Assembly: GCA_964483625.1 (NCBI GenBank) | Contig: CAZABB010000001.1 | Location: 3,222 to 67,221, forward strand | Length of the DNA stretch: 64,000 nucleotides | Origin: an uncultured Planctomycetia bacterium | GTDB lineage: Bacteria; Omnitrophota; Gorgyraeia; Duberdicusellales; 4484-171 | Direction: 5' to 3' | Shown: in pieces, positions 48,413-58,291 of the stretch | Numbering within the stretch: position 1 is the first letter of the stretch | Layout of the letters: each line of letters opens with the position of its first letter | Notes under the pieces: generated by a model | Told to the model about the DNA's origin: nothing | The model's input: only the letters and a program-made list of their open reading frames with translations | Databases searched by the model: none | Position numbers and translations under genes: made by a program

Positions 48413-48681
48413 TGGACATGATTGTTTCTCTTTTTATCGCGATATACGCGTTCTTTCTTCCCGGCTACCTGGTCACAAAAACCAGTCGTATCGGCAATGG
48501 TCTGTTTACTACGATAATTCTCAGCATTGCCATAAGCATAACACTGATTCCTATTATCGCCTTCTCGCTCGCAATGATTTTTCATACGGTCATACATTAC
48601 GCAACAGTTACGATCGCGGCAACTCTCGTCAACCTGATCTGCATCGGCCACCGCTATCTTAAAAAGGTCAAAACACAATGA
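48412..48681 (+). CDS. small membrane protein (89 aa, 3 predicted TM helices)
   Basis: Start and stop codons overlap both neighbours. Almost entirely hydrophobic (IVSLFIAIYAFFLPGYLV...IILSIAISITLIPIIAFSLAMIF...). Confidence 0.5.
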   Translation: MDMIVSLFIAIYAFFLPGYLVTKTSRIGNGLFTTIILSIAISITLIPIIAFSLAMIFHTVIHYATVTIAATLVNLICIGHRYLKKVKTQ

Positions 48682-50342
48682 ATATTCTCGCTCTGCATGA
48701 AGACAGCAATGCCAATATTACCTTCCTCGCGAATACCGAAATCGTGTTTTCGGTTGCCGAAGAACGGTTTACCCGTAAAAAACATCAGGGAGGATTCCCT
48801 CGGGAATCGCTTGCCTACCTGTTCAAAAAATACGATCTTGCGCCGAACGATATCGATGTTATCGTCTGCGGGAACCGTTATCATCCCTTACCCCGTCTCC
48901 TGGGACCTTATTTCCCCAGTCATGAGCACGCTTTTTTAGGATGGGGACAAAAAGTATCTCTTTACTACCAACATGCCCTCTCTAAAAGCCTTCTCCTCCG
49001 CTCTGCCGTAGAAAAACTTAACCATTGTCTCCTTACCCATAAGTTCAAAAGAAGCATATTTCTCGTCGACCATCACACCGCTCATGCCTATGCGACATAT
49101 CTTACTTCAGGCTTTTCCGAAGCACTTATTATCAGCGCCGACAACTATGGAGACGGGGTGGCTGCGGCGGTATTTACCGGTAAAGAGGGAACATGCACTA
49201 TGCTCTACTCTTCTTCGGCACTCCATTCTCCGGGACAGTTCTATGGTGAACTGGCTCAGATTCTCGGATTTCACCCTCTCATGGCCGGAAAAATGACCGG
49301 TCTCTCGGCCTACGGAGACCCCGGCCGGGCGTATCCGCTTGTAAAAGAATTGTTCGGGTTGACGCCCGACAAGAAAGATTTTGTATTGCCGTCTCTCTTC
49401 TTTAAATCACCGAACCGGGGCATTTTTCAGAAACTGCGGGCGTATAAAAAAGAAGATGTTGCTGCGGCGGCACAAAGAAGGTTTGAAGAAGTAATCGTCT
49501 CCTACGCCAGAGAAGCGTTGAGGACGACCGGCTTAAGAAAAATTGCTCTTGCCGGCGGTATTTTCGGTAACGTCTGTCTCAATAAGAAAATCGCTGAGCT
49601 TGAAGAAGTAGATGAGATCTTTATCCATCCGGGGATGAGTGATCAGGGAATCAGCCTGGGAGCGGGTTTGGCATACTTGGCTCAAGAAAAAGCCATACAG
49701 CCTTTTCGGATAGAAAACGTGTACTGGGGACCCCAGTACAATGGCGACCAAATCAAACAGACACTTACCCAACAGAATGTTGCTTTCCTCTATGACCCTC
49801 ACATCGAACAGACCGTGGCTGATCTCCTGGCTCGCGGTAAGGTGGTAGCTCGGTTTAACGGACGAACCGAATACGGTCCGCGGGCCCTGGGCAACCGCAG
49901 TATCCTCTACCGGACGACGGACGGAACCGTAAATGACTGGCTGAACCGAAAACTGCGCCGTTCTGCATTCATGCCGTTTGCTCCCGTAACTCTGGAGGAA
50001 GAAGCTCAACGGTGTTACAACCATATCCCTAAGATAGCTTATACGGCAAAATTCATGACGATTGCCTGTGAATGCACCGAATGGATGAAATCGGTATCGC
50101 CGGGAGTGGTGCATATCGATTCAACCGCCCGGCCGCAGATTCTTTCGCAAACCGATAACCCTTCCTATTACGCGATCCTTAAAGAATATCATCGTCTGAC
50201 CGGCATTCCCAGTCTGATCAATACCAGCTTTAATATGCACCACGAACCGATTGTCAACACTCCGGCTGAGGCGCTCGAGGCATTTTTACAAGCCGGAATT
50301 GACTACCTGGCGATCGGCAACTATCTTGTGGAAAAACAATAA
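48678..50342 (+). CDS. carbamoyltransferase, NodU/CmcH/TobZ family
   Basis: MNILALHEDSNANITFL..EERFTRKKH. Length 554 aa. Same architecture as the proteins at 33792 and 54126. Confidence 0.85.
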   Translation: MNILALHEDSNANITFLANTEIVFSVAEERFTRKKHQGGFPRESLAYLFKKYDLAPNDIDVIVCGNRYHPLPRLLGPYFPSHEHAFLGWGQKVSLYYQHALSKSLLLRSAVEKLNHCLLTHKFKRSIFLVDHHTAHAYATYLTSGFSEALIISADNYGDGVAAAVFTGKEGTCTMLYSSSALHSPGQFYGELAQILGFHPLMAGKMTGLSAYGDPGRAYPLVKELFGLTPDKKDFVLPSLFFKSPNRGIFQKLRAYKKEDVAAAAQRRFEEVIVSYAREALRTTGLRKIALAGGIFGNVCLNKKIAELEEVDEIFIHPGMSDQGISLGAGLAYLAQEKAIQPFRIENVYWGPQYNGDQIKQTLTQQNVAFLYDPHIEQTVADLLARGKVVARFNGRTEYGPRALGNRSILYRTTDGTVNDWLNRKLRRSAFMPFAPVTLEEEAQRCYNHIPKIAYTAKFMTIACECTEWMKSVSPGVVHIDSTARPQILSQTDNPSYYAILKEYHRLTGIPSLINTSFNMHHEPIVNTPAEALEAFLQAGIDYLAIGNYLVEKQ

Positions 50343-50344
50343 TC

Positions 50345-51745
50345 CTACGAAAGCCGCAAACAGATTTTTACGGCGGTTTTGAAAACCTGCAGATAATCCA
50401 GCCGGATACGCGTGAGAAAAAAGATCGTCAATTCCAGAAGCTTACGGGGACGGAAATAAAACTGTTTAAGGATCTCGCGGTGCAACCGGGTAAGTTCATC
50501 GGTGCTTAATGTATCGTTACGGATAATAGATTTACGTAAAAACACGTAATCATCCCAGTTGTCGGAAAGAATACGGTTTTCTTTCAGGCACTCGGCATAT
50601 AATTGCGTTCCCGGCAGAGGCGCGGCAAAAGAAAGCTGTAAAGTGTGGGGATTCAATGTGAAGATCTTCTTCTTGGTATAAAGGATATCTTCTTTTGTCT
50701 GATGGGGAAAACCGATAATCGCATAGCCCATGGCGATAATCCCCTGTCGTTTGATGCGGTCGATTGCTTCGGCGATCTGCACCTCGGTAATATCTTTCTT
50801 AAGGATCGAAAGATTCCGATCATGAGCACTCTCGATACCAATACCAATCTGGAGGCAGCCTGATCGTTTCATCACCTTAAGGGTATCTTCATCTAAAAGA
50901 TCGACACGGGTGTTACACACCCAGCGGATACGCCGATTAAGGTTATGCTGAATGATGCCAGTACATACTTGCCGGACAAAATCCGGCTGGACGGTGAAGG
51001 TATGGTCGATAATCGCAAAATAAGAGGTATTAAACGTGTGAATGCATTGTTCTATTTCCCCGACAATCGCCTCCGGTTTCCTTAGACGCGCCGCGCCGGG
51101 ATACAACAAATGGCTGTCACAAAATACGCACCTTCCCGGACACCCGCGGCTCGTACGCAAAGCGGTTACGTGACGCCGATAAGGAGATGAATATAAATCA
51201 TTAGGCAGCAGGTCCCGGGCCGGATAAGGTAACGAATCAAGATCCGCAATCACAGGATGATTTTCGGTAGAGACAATCTGGCCGTGTTCACGATAGGTGA
51301 TACCTTTGATCGACGCCAATGATGCTCTCTGTGCTGCCGCTTCGATAACCTGGGCAACGACCCGTTCCGGCTCTCCCCGGACGACGACATCCAGCCCCTC
51401 GATCTCCTTCAGCGTCTGGTGAGACAGAGCCGAAGCATGTGTCCCGATCAGAACAGTCATTACATTATTTTTTTTAAGCAGGTTGATCAGACGCTTGACA
51501 GAATTGACCGAATAGGTTTGTGCGGTAAATACGGCAACGTTAGGCCTCACCGCCAGAAGACGTACCCCTTGGGCACTTTCATGCAATTTAAGTACATTCG
51601 CATCAAGTATCGATATATCGAAATCGGGATTACGCCGGCGCAGAAAAGACGCGCAATAGGCGAGATCCAAAGGAGGAACAACACTGAGCAGAGAAGTATG
51701 TTCTACCTTTCGCTGATAGTATGTATTGGAAAAAATTACTCTCAT
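50345..51745 (-). CDS. cobalamin-binding (class B) radical SAM enzyme
   Basis: TSRGCPGRCVFCDS and an N-terminal B12-like Rossmann region (DISILDANV...VLIGTHAS). Confidence 0.85.
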   Translation of the reverse strand: MRVIFSNTYYQRKVEHTSLLSVVPPLDLAYCASFLRRRNPDFDISILDANVLKLHESAQGVRLLAVRPNVAVFTAQTYSVNSVKRLINLLKKNNVMTVLIGTHASALSHQTLKEIEGLDVVVRGEPERVVAQVIEAAAQRASLASIKGITYREHGQIVSTENHPVIADLDSLPYPARDLLPNDLYSSPYRRHVTALRTSRGCPGRCVFCDSHLLYPGAARLRKPEAIVGEIEQCIHTFNTSYFAIIDHTFTVQPDFVRQVCTGIIQHNLNRRIRWVCNTRVDLLDEDTLKVMKRSGCLQIGIGIESAHDRNLSILKKDITEVQIAEAIDRIKRQGIIAMGYAIIGFPHQTKEDILYTKKKIFTLNPHTLQLSFAAPLPGTQLYAECLKENRILSDNWDDYVFLRKSIIRNDTLSTDELTRLHREILKQFYFRPRKLLELTIFFLTRIRLDYLQVFKTAVKICLRLS

Positions 51746-51749
51746 ATGA

Positions 51750-52895
51750 TCAGAATCCGCCTAAAGAAGACACCCAGTTAGGACTCACTTCACACCCCAG
51801 CCAGCACTTCCCGCAATGAACGACCTTGCGCAATTTATTTTTCGCGATCGGTTTATTCAAGATATCCGAATATGATTCCCGTTTAACATTTCCCAAAACT
51901 TCGGTATCATAGCTACAAGTGATTATATCACCATTGGGATGAAGACGGAAATGCGTAAATAAATTCATACAGCGATGCTGCGGCATACGTCCCGTCTGAA
52001 GCACATTCATTTGTCCCTTTAGATAGTGAGCCAGAATGATGCGTTCAAGGATATGTCGCCACGAGCCGCTTCCCTTTACCCCAAGAGAAAGGATATCCGT
52101 AGTAAGATTTTGGCGAATATAATCCCGAACCGGAGCGCTGAATTCTATCAGACCATAATCAGCCCGTTCGATTCCTCCCTCTTTCAACCCGACAAAACCG
52201 CGGTAGTCTACGTCCAAATCATCGGCAAGTTTTTTCACCCGAGGGATTTCATGTACATTCTCCGGAAAAACAGTCTGATTGACGGCAAGGAAAAGTTTTT
52301 TCCGGCTGAAACGGCTCCTGAGACGCCGGAGAGTATCTACGGCACGGGAGAAACTTCCTTCCTTCCCGCGTAACGCATCGTGTGTCGTGCTCATGCCATC
52401 GATACTGACTTTGAGATCGAGTGAAACCCCTCGCTTCTTTAACAACATGATCTTCCCGACAATGTCCTCGGTAGCATATCCGTTGGTTGTAATATGAAAG
52501 ATGCGCGGTTTGATGCGGGAATGAAACGCTAAAAGGATTTCGGTTAAATCTTCTTTCAAGAAAGGTTCACCTCCCGTGATCACCACGGCATCAATATTAT
52601 GTAACATATTGTCTTCAAGCATGTTACGAATATCCTTCTCCCGGAGTTCTTCATGATTTTTTTCGGCAGGAGAGCGCCAAGCTCCGCAATGTTTACAGGC
52701 GAGATTACAGCGGAACGTAACCGCATAATTAACCAGAAACGGCCGGGACGGTCTATTCAAGCCGCGGCGCACATTCGCACGAAGAAAACGAAAGAGATAA
52801 GAAGCCATCATACGCATTTTTTTCTCAGCAGATAGAGAACAATCCTTTTTAAACGCCGGGGGGGAAGATAAAACAGTAAAGGAGCAACGCAACAA
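51750..52895 (-). CDS. radical SAM enzyme with SPASM domain
   Basis: VTFRCNLACKHC and TGGEPFL motifs. C-terminal region CSYDTEVLGNV...ILN...CGKCWLGC. The start is probably at 52817 (MRMMASYLF). Confidence 0.85.
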   Translation of the reverse strand: MLRCSFTVLSSPPAFKKDCSLSAEKKMRMMASYLFRFLRANVRRGLNRPSRPFLVNYAVTFRCNLACKHCGAWRSPAEKNHEELREKDIRNMLEDNMLHNIDAVVITGGEPFLKEDLTEILLAFHSRIKPRIFHITTNGYATEDIVGKIMLLKKRGVSLDLKVSIDGMSTTHDALRGKEGSFSRAVDTLRRLRSRFSRKKLFLAVNQTVFPENVHEIPRVKKLADDLDVDYRGFVGLKEGGIERADYGLIEFSAPVRDYIRQNLTTDILSLGVKGSGSWRHILERIILAHYLKGQMNVLQTGRMPQHRCMNLFTHFRLHPNGDIITCSYDTEVLGNVKRESYSDILNKPIAKNKLRKVVHCGKCWLGCEVSPNWVSSLGGF

Positions 52896-54208
52896 GATAA
52901 ACCAACGAAATATCTTCCCAGCCCTTTATATTGAACAATATCGGAAACCCCGTGGTAATAGCGGTTCCAGGATACCTGAGGGAACCGGTTGAAATAGTCG
53001 GTCCCGGGATAGGGAGTTAACGAATAGAAGTGCGCGAAATCAAGGGAAGAACATACCGTCTGAAATATCGTATTAACGACGGTTTTCTTTGTCTGCCCTT
53101 CCAGTCCGAAAATGAAATATCCATATGTCATTATGTCGTGCTTTTTTAAAATATCAATACCTCTCAATATATCCGGGCCTTTGATATATTTCCGATTACG
53201 ATGCAAAACCCTTTCGTCAAAAGATTCAATTCCCAAAGACAGCAACATGCAACCGGATTCTTTCATCAAAGCCGCCGTCTCTTCATCCACCACATCAACC
53301 CGCGAGTTAGAGACCCATCGGATATCGAGCCGCTCATCAATAATGCGCCGGGTAAGATTTTTCACGAAATCCTTATCGGCATTGAACGTATCGCACAGGA
53401 AGAGAAACGTATCAATGCCGCAAGTTTCTTTTACCTCGCGGATTTCGGCGATGATATTGCCGACCGAGCGGGCGCGCCAGCCTCGTCCGTAATAGGACCG
53501 GGAGGTACAGAATGAACAGGCCGAGTCGCATCCACGCGAGACTTTCACCACAGAAAATTTCTTCCCCGTAAAGGGCATAATATACCGTTCATTTTTCAGG
53601 AGAGACCGGTCGGGAAGAACCGGATAGTCGTAGCTGACGCGGGACTTCCTTCTTTCGTTTACTTTAATCACCCCGTTTCGGTACGCCAGCCCCCGGATCT
53701 CACCCAGAGGTCTCCCTTCTCCCGAGAGCGATTCCATCAGCTCACATATCGTCTCTTCCGGTTCGCCCTGTACGGCAAAATCAACGGCTTCTTCTTCCAA
53801 TAATTTACGGGGGAAAACCGTGGCGTGAAGGCCGGTAAAAATGATACGCAGATCCTTATTCTTTTGCTTTAACCGGCGGGCTAAAAAGACATCGTCCTCG
53901 ATTGTCGGCGTGGTCGCCTGAATAATCACAGTCGACGGCTCTCGGCATAATATCTCCTTGACCAATTCCTCAAAAGAGAATCCTTCGATTTCTCCGTCAA
54001 GAATATCTATATTATGAAAGCCCCGATGCCGGAGATAAACGGCGATCTCCAAAAGGGTAATCGGCGGCCATAATCCTACGGCAGGCAGAACTTTCTGCTG
54101 ACAGCGTTCAACACGCAGGACTTTCTTACCGGACCGCGTAACCGGATTGCATAAAAGAATCTTCTCTTTTTTTGTCATTGCGTTTATCGAACAAAGGATT
54201 TGTAACAA
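52808..54208 (-). CDS. cobalamin-binding (class B) radical SAM enzyme
   Basis: SRGCDSACSFCTS and an N-terminal B12-like region. The start is possibly at 54178 (MTKKEKILLCNPV). Confidence 0.85.
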   Translation of the reverse strand: MLQILCSINAMTKKEKILLCNPVTRSGKKVLRVERCQQKVLPAVGLWPPITLLEIAVYLRHRGFHNIDILDGEIEGFSFEELVKEILCREPSTVIIQATTPTIEDDVFLARRLKQKNKDLRIIFTGLHATVFPRKLLEEEAVDFAVQGEPEETICELMESLSGEGRPLGEIRGLAYRNGVIKVNERRKSRVSYDYPVLPDRSLLKNERYIMPFTGKKFSVVKVSRGCDSACSFCTSRSYYGRGWRARSVGNIIAEIREVKETCGIDTFLFLCDTFNADKDFVKNLTRRIIDERLDIRWVSNSRVDVVDEETAALMKESGCMLLSLGIESFDERVLHRNRKYIKGPDILRGIDILKKHDIMTYGYFIFGLEGQTKKTVVNTIFQTVCSSLDFAHFYSLTPYPGTDYFNRFPQVSWNRYYHGVSDIVQYKGLGRYFVGLSCCVAPLLFYLPPRRLKRIVLYLLRKKCV

Positions 54209-55880
54209 GGAAATTTTCCATGATCAGATAATCCAGACCGGCCTGGAAGAACGTATCCAGAGCTTCTCGCGGCGTACAGACAATCGGTTCGTGGTGCATA
54301 TTAAAGCTGGTATTGATCAGACTGGGAATGCCGGTCAGACGATGATACTCCTTAAGTATGTCATACAATAAAGAATTATCGTGCTCTTTTAAAATTTGAG
54401 GCCGGGCCGTCCTGTCCCGATACACGACCCCCGGAGATACCGCTTCCATCCACGGGGTACACTCAAGACTAATGGTCATAAACCGCGCCGCCGTCTCTGC
54501 TCCAGAAACATTCTTATAACACGCGTCTTTATATTCAAAAAGCGTAACGGGCGCGAAGGGCATAAATTCGGACCGGCGCAGTTTTTTGTTCAGCCAGTCA
54601 TTTACGCTTTTATCGGTTGTCTGATAAAGAATACTGCGGTTACCCAGCGCCCGCGGGCCGTATTCGGTCGCCCCCTGAAAAACCGCTACGGTAGCTCCGC
54701 GCGATAATAATCGGGCCGCTTTTGCTTCGAGACGTTTTTCTTTTTGATATCTCAGATGGTTTTGTTCGAGCATTCCTGCGATATGGGCATCCGAATAGCG
54801 GGGCCCCAGATATACATGAGAAAGACGGACGGAGGAAGAAAAAGAAATCCCCGAGTATTCGCTCTCTCCTTTTTTTTCCTGTGACGCCGCGGCAAAAGAA
54901 AGCCCACCGTCGCCCATATGGGGGAAAACAAAAATTTTCCCGAACAACCCGGTTGCGTGTAACCGCTGGTTTACTTTGACATTGGCAAAAAGCCCTCCGG
55001 CCAGGAAAAGATCGGGACCCTTTTTCTCTCCGACGCAGTTTTTTATCAGCCCTACCACGGTATGTTCAACCGTCCTCTGTAAAGAAAAAGCAACGTCTTT
55101 TTTTCTGTATCGTTTGAGCATTTTGAAAAAACGCCGGGTGCGGTAGAAAGGATCGACGAAAACGTCCTTCCCTTCTATCGTGAACAGCGATTTAAATATC
55201 TTCCCCAGAGAAGTGGCACTTCCGTATTCGGCCAGGGCGACCACCTTGCCTTCTTCTCCTTCTCTAAACCCCAGAGCAGCAGTAACATAGGCATACACCA
55301 GGGCAATGCTGTGTTTATACGATATCTCCTGCCGCAAGACTACCCGGTCGTCTCTGACCCGGACAATCAGCCCCGCTTTCCCGTCGCCATACGCATCCAG
55401 AGATACTGCCAGATAATTCCGGGAAGGAATCCCGGTACAGGCGGAAATAATATGCGCCTGGTGATGATCGACCAGATGAAGGCTGCCGAAAGAAATCCCC
55501 ATCCGTCTCAACCGGACGGCAAGGATCCACCGGCTGAATGTGGATTCCATCTCTCTTAAAAGGGGAAGAGAAGCTGTTTTATTTTCATACTGGTAGACGG
55601 CACGGGAAGGGAAAGAAAGAATATTCTTTTGAGGCGAACCTGTACGATACAAATTATTCAACAATCGAAACGGCGCCCGGCCGTAGCGGCCTCCGATATA
55701 TACGGCATCTATCGTCTTTGTTCCGATGATTCCTTTGATATATTTTAATGAACGGTAAGGGAACCCCTGTTGTCGTTTACGGCGGCTAAAGCGTTCTTCC
55801 GAACATGCAATCACAACATTCCCATTCTCGATGAGAATGGCGGAGGCATCATGGCTATCGTTTATTCCTAACGCAATCAT
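54126..55880 (-). CDS. carbamoyltransferase, NodU/CmcH/TobZ family
   Basis: MIALGINDSHDASAILIENG..EERFSRRK. Length 584 aa. The C-terminal region (ATEYGPRALGNRSILY...IPSLINTSFNMHHEPIV) is nearly identical in motif to the protein at 48678. Confidence 0.85.
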   Translation of the reverse strand: MIALGINDSHDASAILIENGNVVIACSEERFSRRKRQQGFPYRSLKYIKGIIGTKTIDAVYIGGRYGRAPFRLLNNLYRTGSPQKNILSFPSRAVYQYENKTASLPLLREMESTFSRWILAVRLRRMGISFGSLHLVDHHQAHIISACTGIPSRNYLAVSLDAYGDGKAGLIVRVRDDRVVLRQEISYKHSIALVYAYVTAALGFREGEEGKVVALAEYGSATSLGKIFKSLFTIEGKDVFVDPFYRTRRFFKMLKRYRKKDVAFSLQRTVEHTVVGLIKNCVGEKKGPDLFLAGGLFANVKVNQRLHATGLFGKIFVFPHMGDGGLSFAAASQEKKGESEYSGISFSSSVRLSHVYLGPRYSDAHIAGMLEQNHLRYQKEKRLEAKAARLLSRGATVAVFQGATEYGPRALGNRSILYQTTDKSVNDWLNKKLRRSEFMPFAPVTLFEYKDACYKNVSGAETAARFMTISLECTPWMEAVSPGVVYRDRTARPQILKEHDNSLLYDILKEYHRLTGIPSLINTSFNMHHEPIVCTPREALDTFFQAGLDYLIMENFLVTNPLFDKRNDKKREDSFMQSGYAVR

Positions 55881-55889
55881 TATCCTCTC

Positions 55890-58121
55890 TCACAGGTAGC
55901 TTTCCGGCTCGCCATAGAAAAAATGTATGGAGAATTCTCCCCCTTTGTCTCTCTGGATACACCAGGAATCGCGACGATAGGAAGCCCCGTCTTCTCCGTT
56001 CACAAACCAATTATGTATGAGCACTTTCATGTCGTCGGGGATGCGAATAACAATAGACTGTTGCTGATGCAAAAGAGGAAAGGCGGGAAGGGCGGGTTGA
56101 CGCGCGCTATGCCGAGGAGAATCCGGCGAATGCACACGGATGGGACTCACGACATCGAGTCCGAACGAATTATTGCCAGAGGAAGAAAAGGCATTCAGGT
56201 CTATCGTGCAGGTTTTTAGATAATCGATTTTTTTCGGATCGATAAAAACGCAAACGGGAAGAGACTCCGCCTGCCACGTCACCTCAAGATCAGTATAATA
56301 GAGATCGTACAGCTCCTCACGGTTCACAAGGTCAATTGCCGGCAGTTCTTCATGAGGGATTATACGAATCGCATCCTGAATATCATTACAGAGTTTTTCA
56401 AAGTTAATCTTAATATAAACCTCTCTCGGCTTTGAATCTTTTCCCGGAGAAGAAAACGGACATTTATGGTTACCGAGAACATCCCATTGAGAATAAAACT
56501 CTTTAAATCGGGTATAACGCGGTAGGTTATGCGGGGGAAACAGCTGATTCAGCGCAAGCTGTTCTTTTTTTCGTTTATGTGTGAAATCCAATTTGGTGAA
56601 AAGTCTCCGGTAGTTCGGGAGAAAAGGGGTTTGCGATACCGTACCCCTTGCCAGCCGATAATACGCGTGGCTCTCTGTCTGATAGAGCGGATAACGTTCG
56701 TAAAAACTCTTGTCCTGAGGAAAATCAAGAGATGCGGCAAAACGGATGCACCCAAAAAGAAACAGCAGGTTTAAAGCAAAAAGTCCTATCTTTTTCATGT
56801 TCATTCTACGAATGAGGCTTTCGGCCCCGCAGGCAAAAAACACATAGAGAGGCAAAAAGGCCGTCACGATGATCCGATACTTATCGCTCTGGATCCAGTT
56901 GCGCTGAACCGAAAGCACTCCCAGTACCGCAAGGAAGAAGGAAAGAAGAAACAACGCTTTTTTACGATCCCGGCCAAAAACGGAACCCAGCCCGAACAGA
57001 ATAATTGCCGAAATGAGATAGCCAAAGTAATTAATTATATTCACAGTGTAGAAAAGTAAGTTCGGAAAAGGCACAAAGGGCGTCCTCATCCATCGCGTAA
57101 AAGACTCCTTGAGCAGGCTCAAGGAAGAACGCGTTTCCCCCAGACTCTGAAATCCATGGTGCATAAGATGGGGGATGTTAAAAGAAAACGTGAACAGCCC
57201 GGCAACAAAAAAAAGCATATAGTCCTTTGCGCCCTTTTCCTCCCGATAGTACCAGAATAGCACCGGGATGAGGCAGAGAAGAGAAAGAAAGCGCAAGCCC
57301 GTGCCGGCCATGATGCCGAACATAAGACCGTGAAGGATGACTTTATTTTTATGGAAAAATATCGTATAAATAAAAACAGCCGACAATGCGAGATTGATAA
57401 CGTTGCGGTCCAAAACCTCTATCGATAACACATAAGGGTTGAAAATTGCGAAACAGGCGCCAAGGCAGGCAATAATATCGGGCAAGAACATTCTTTGGAG
57501 GATAAGATAAACAAATATAAAAAGGAGAATCGCAAAGGATATATATACCGCTTTAAACGTGGCCAACTTAAGAAGGGGAAGAAAAGGTGCGGTAAAAAGA
57601 GTATTGCCCGGGGTATTAATAATCGCTGAAACCGCGGGCACAAGTCTCTCTGAATACCCTTGAGGATTTAAGAGTCCATAGAGACGGAACGTCTGCATCG
57701 CAAAACAATCCGCTTCTCCTCGGAGAACATACGAACCAAGTGATAAAATAAATGCTTCGTTGGAATAATAGAAAAAAGAAACCATGCCCGTTAGTAAAAT
57801 CAGAAACAAAAATAACCAGCGACGTTTTAACTCAGAACATATGCGTTCAAAGGTTAAAGTTACTCTGTTTATTTCGTGGCGGAAATATACCAGGCAAAAA
57901 AATACGGTGACATAGAGACAGGAGAACGAAAGGATAAGCCAGAGGTTGATATAATAGTTGAGCCAGAGTGAAAGGTTGACGGCCAAAAACGGGAGGCAGG
58001 TAAGACTAAAAAAGACGGTAAAACCTGTTTTTTCCGGCAGGGGGGCATGTTGAAAAAAATATTCTGTGGTTAAAAAACCCGCAGCGAGGATAAGCAATAA
58101 CAGAGCTGTTACCAGTAACAT
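55890..58121 (-). CDS. polytopic membrane protein, putative GT-C-like glycosyltransferase with large C-terminal periplasmic domain (paralog of 46694..48412)
   Basis: About 14 TM helices in the first ~470 aa and a ~270-aa soluble C-terminal domain. Blocks are shared with the protein at 46694. Confidence 0.55.
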   Translation of the reverse strand: MLLVTALLLLILAAGFLTTEYFFQHAPLPEKTGFTVFFSLTCLPFLAVNLSLWLNYYINLWLILSFSCLYVTVFFCLVYFRHEINRVTLTFERICSELKRRWLFLFLILLTGMVSFFYYSNEAFILSLGSYVLRGEADCFAMQTFRLYGLLNPQGYSERLVPAVSAIINTPGNTLFTAPFLPLLKLATFKAVYISFAILLFIFVYLILQRMFLPDIIACLGACFAIFNPYVLSIEVLDRNVINLALSAVFIYTIFFHKNKVILHGLMFGIMAGTGLRFLSLLCLIPVLFWYYREEKGAKDYMLFFVAGLFTFSFNIPHLMHHGFQSLGETRSSLSLLKESFTRWMRTPFVPFPNLLFYTVNIINYFGYLISAIILFGLGSVFGRDRKKALFLLSFFLAVLGVLSVQRNWIQSDKYRIIVTAFLPLYVFFACGAESLIRRMNMKKIGLFALNLLFLFGCIRFAASLDFPQDKSFYERYPLYQTESHAYYRLARGTVSQTPFLPNYRRLFTKLDFTHKRKKEQLALNQLFPPHNLPRYTRFKEFYSQWDVLGNHKCPFSSPGKDSKPREVYIKINFEKLCNDIQDAIRIIPHEELPAIDLVNREELYDLYYTDLEVTWQAESLPVCVFIDPKKIDYLKTCTIDLNAFSSSGNNSFGLDVVSPIRVHSPDSPRHSARQPALPAFPLLHQQQSIVIRIPDDMKVLIHNWFVNGEDGASYRRDSWCIQRDKGGEFSIHFFYGEPESYL

Positions 58122-58291
58122 ACACGTGATAGGTTAAAACGCAATAACGACGTTCCCCGTAAATAATATCGCTGGGATGCACCGGCGGATAAAAACCTCT
58201 CAGACAGAAAGAGATGTCACCCCATGGGCGTCTATTATGCGAACTTTTTTCGAAATATTTTCACCGGGGAAGCCCGTTGTTTTCGTAAAAA

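Noticed and set aside
58230-58291. Intrinsic terminator downstream of the giant TPR gene
   Set aside because: There is only a 4-bp CGGG/CCCG stem without a following U-tract. This is not convincing.
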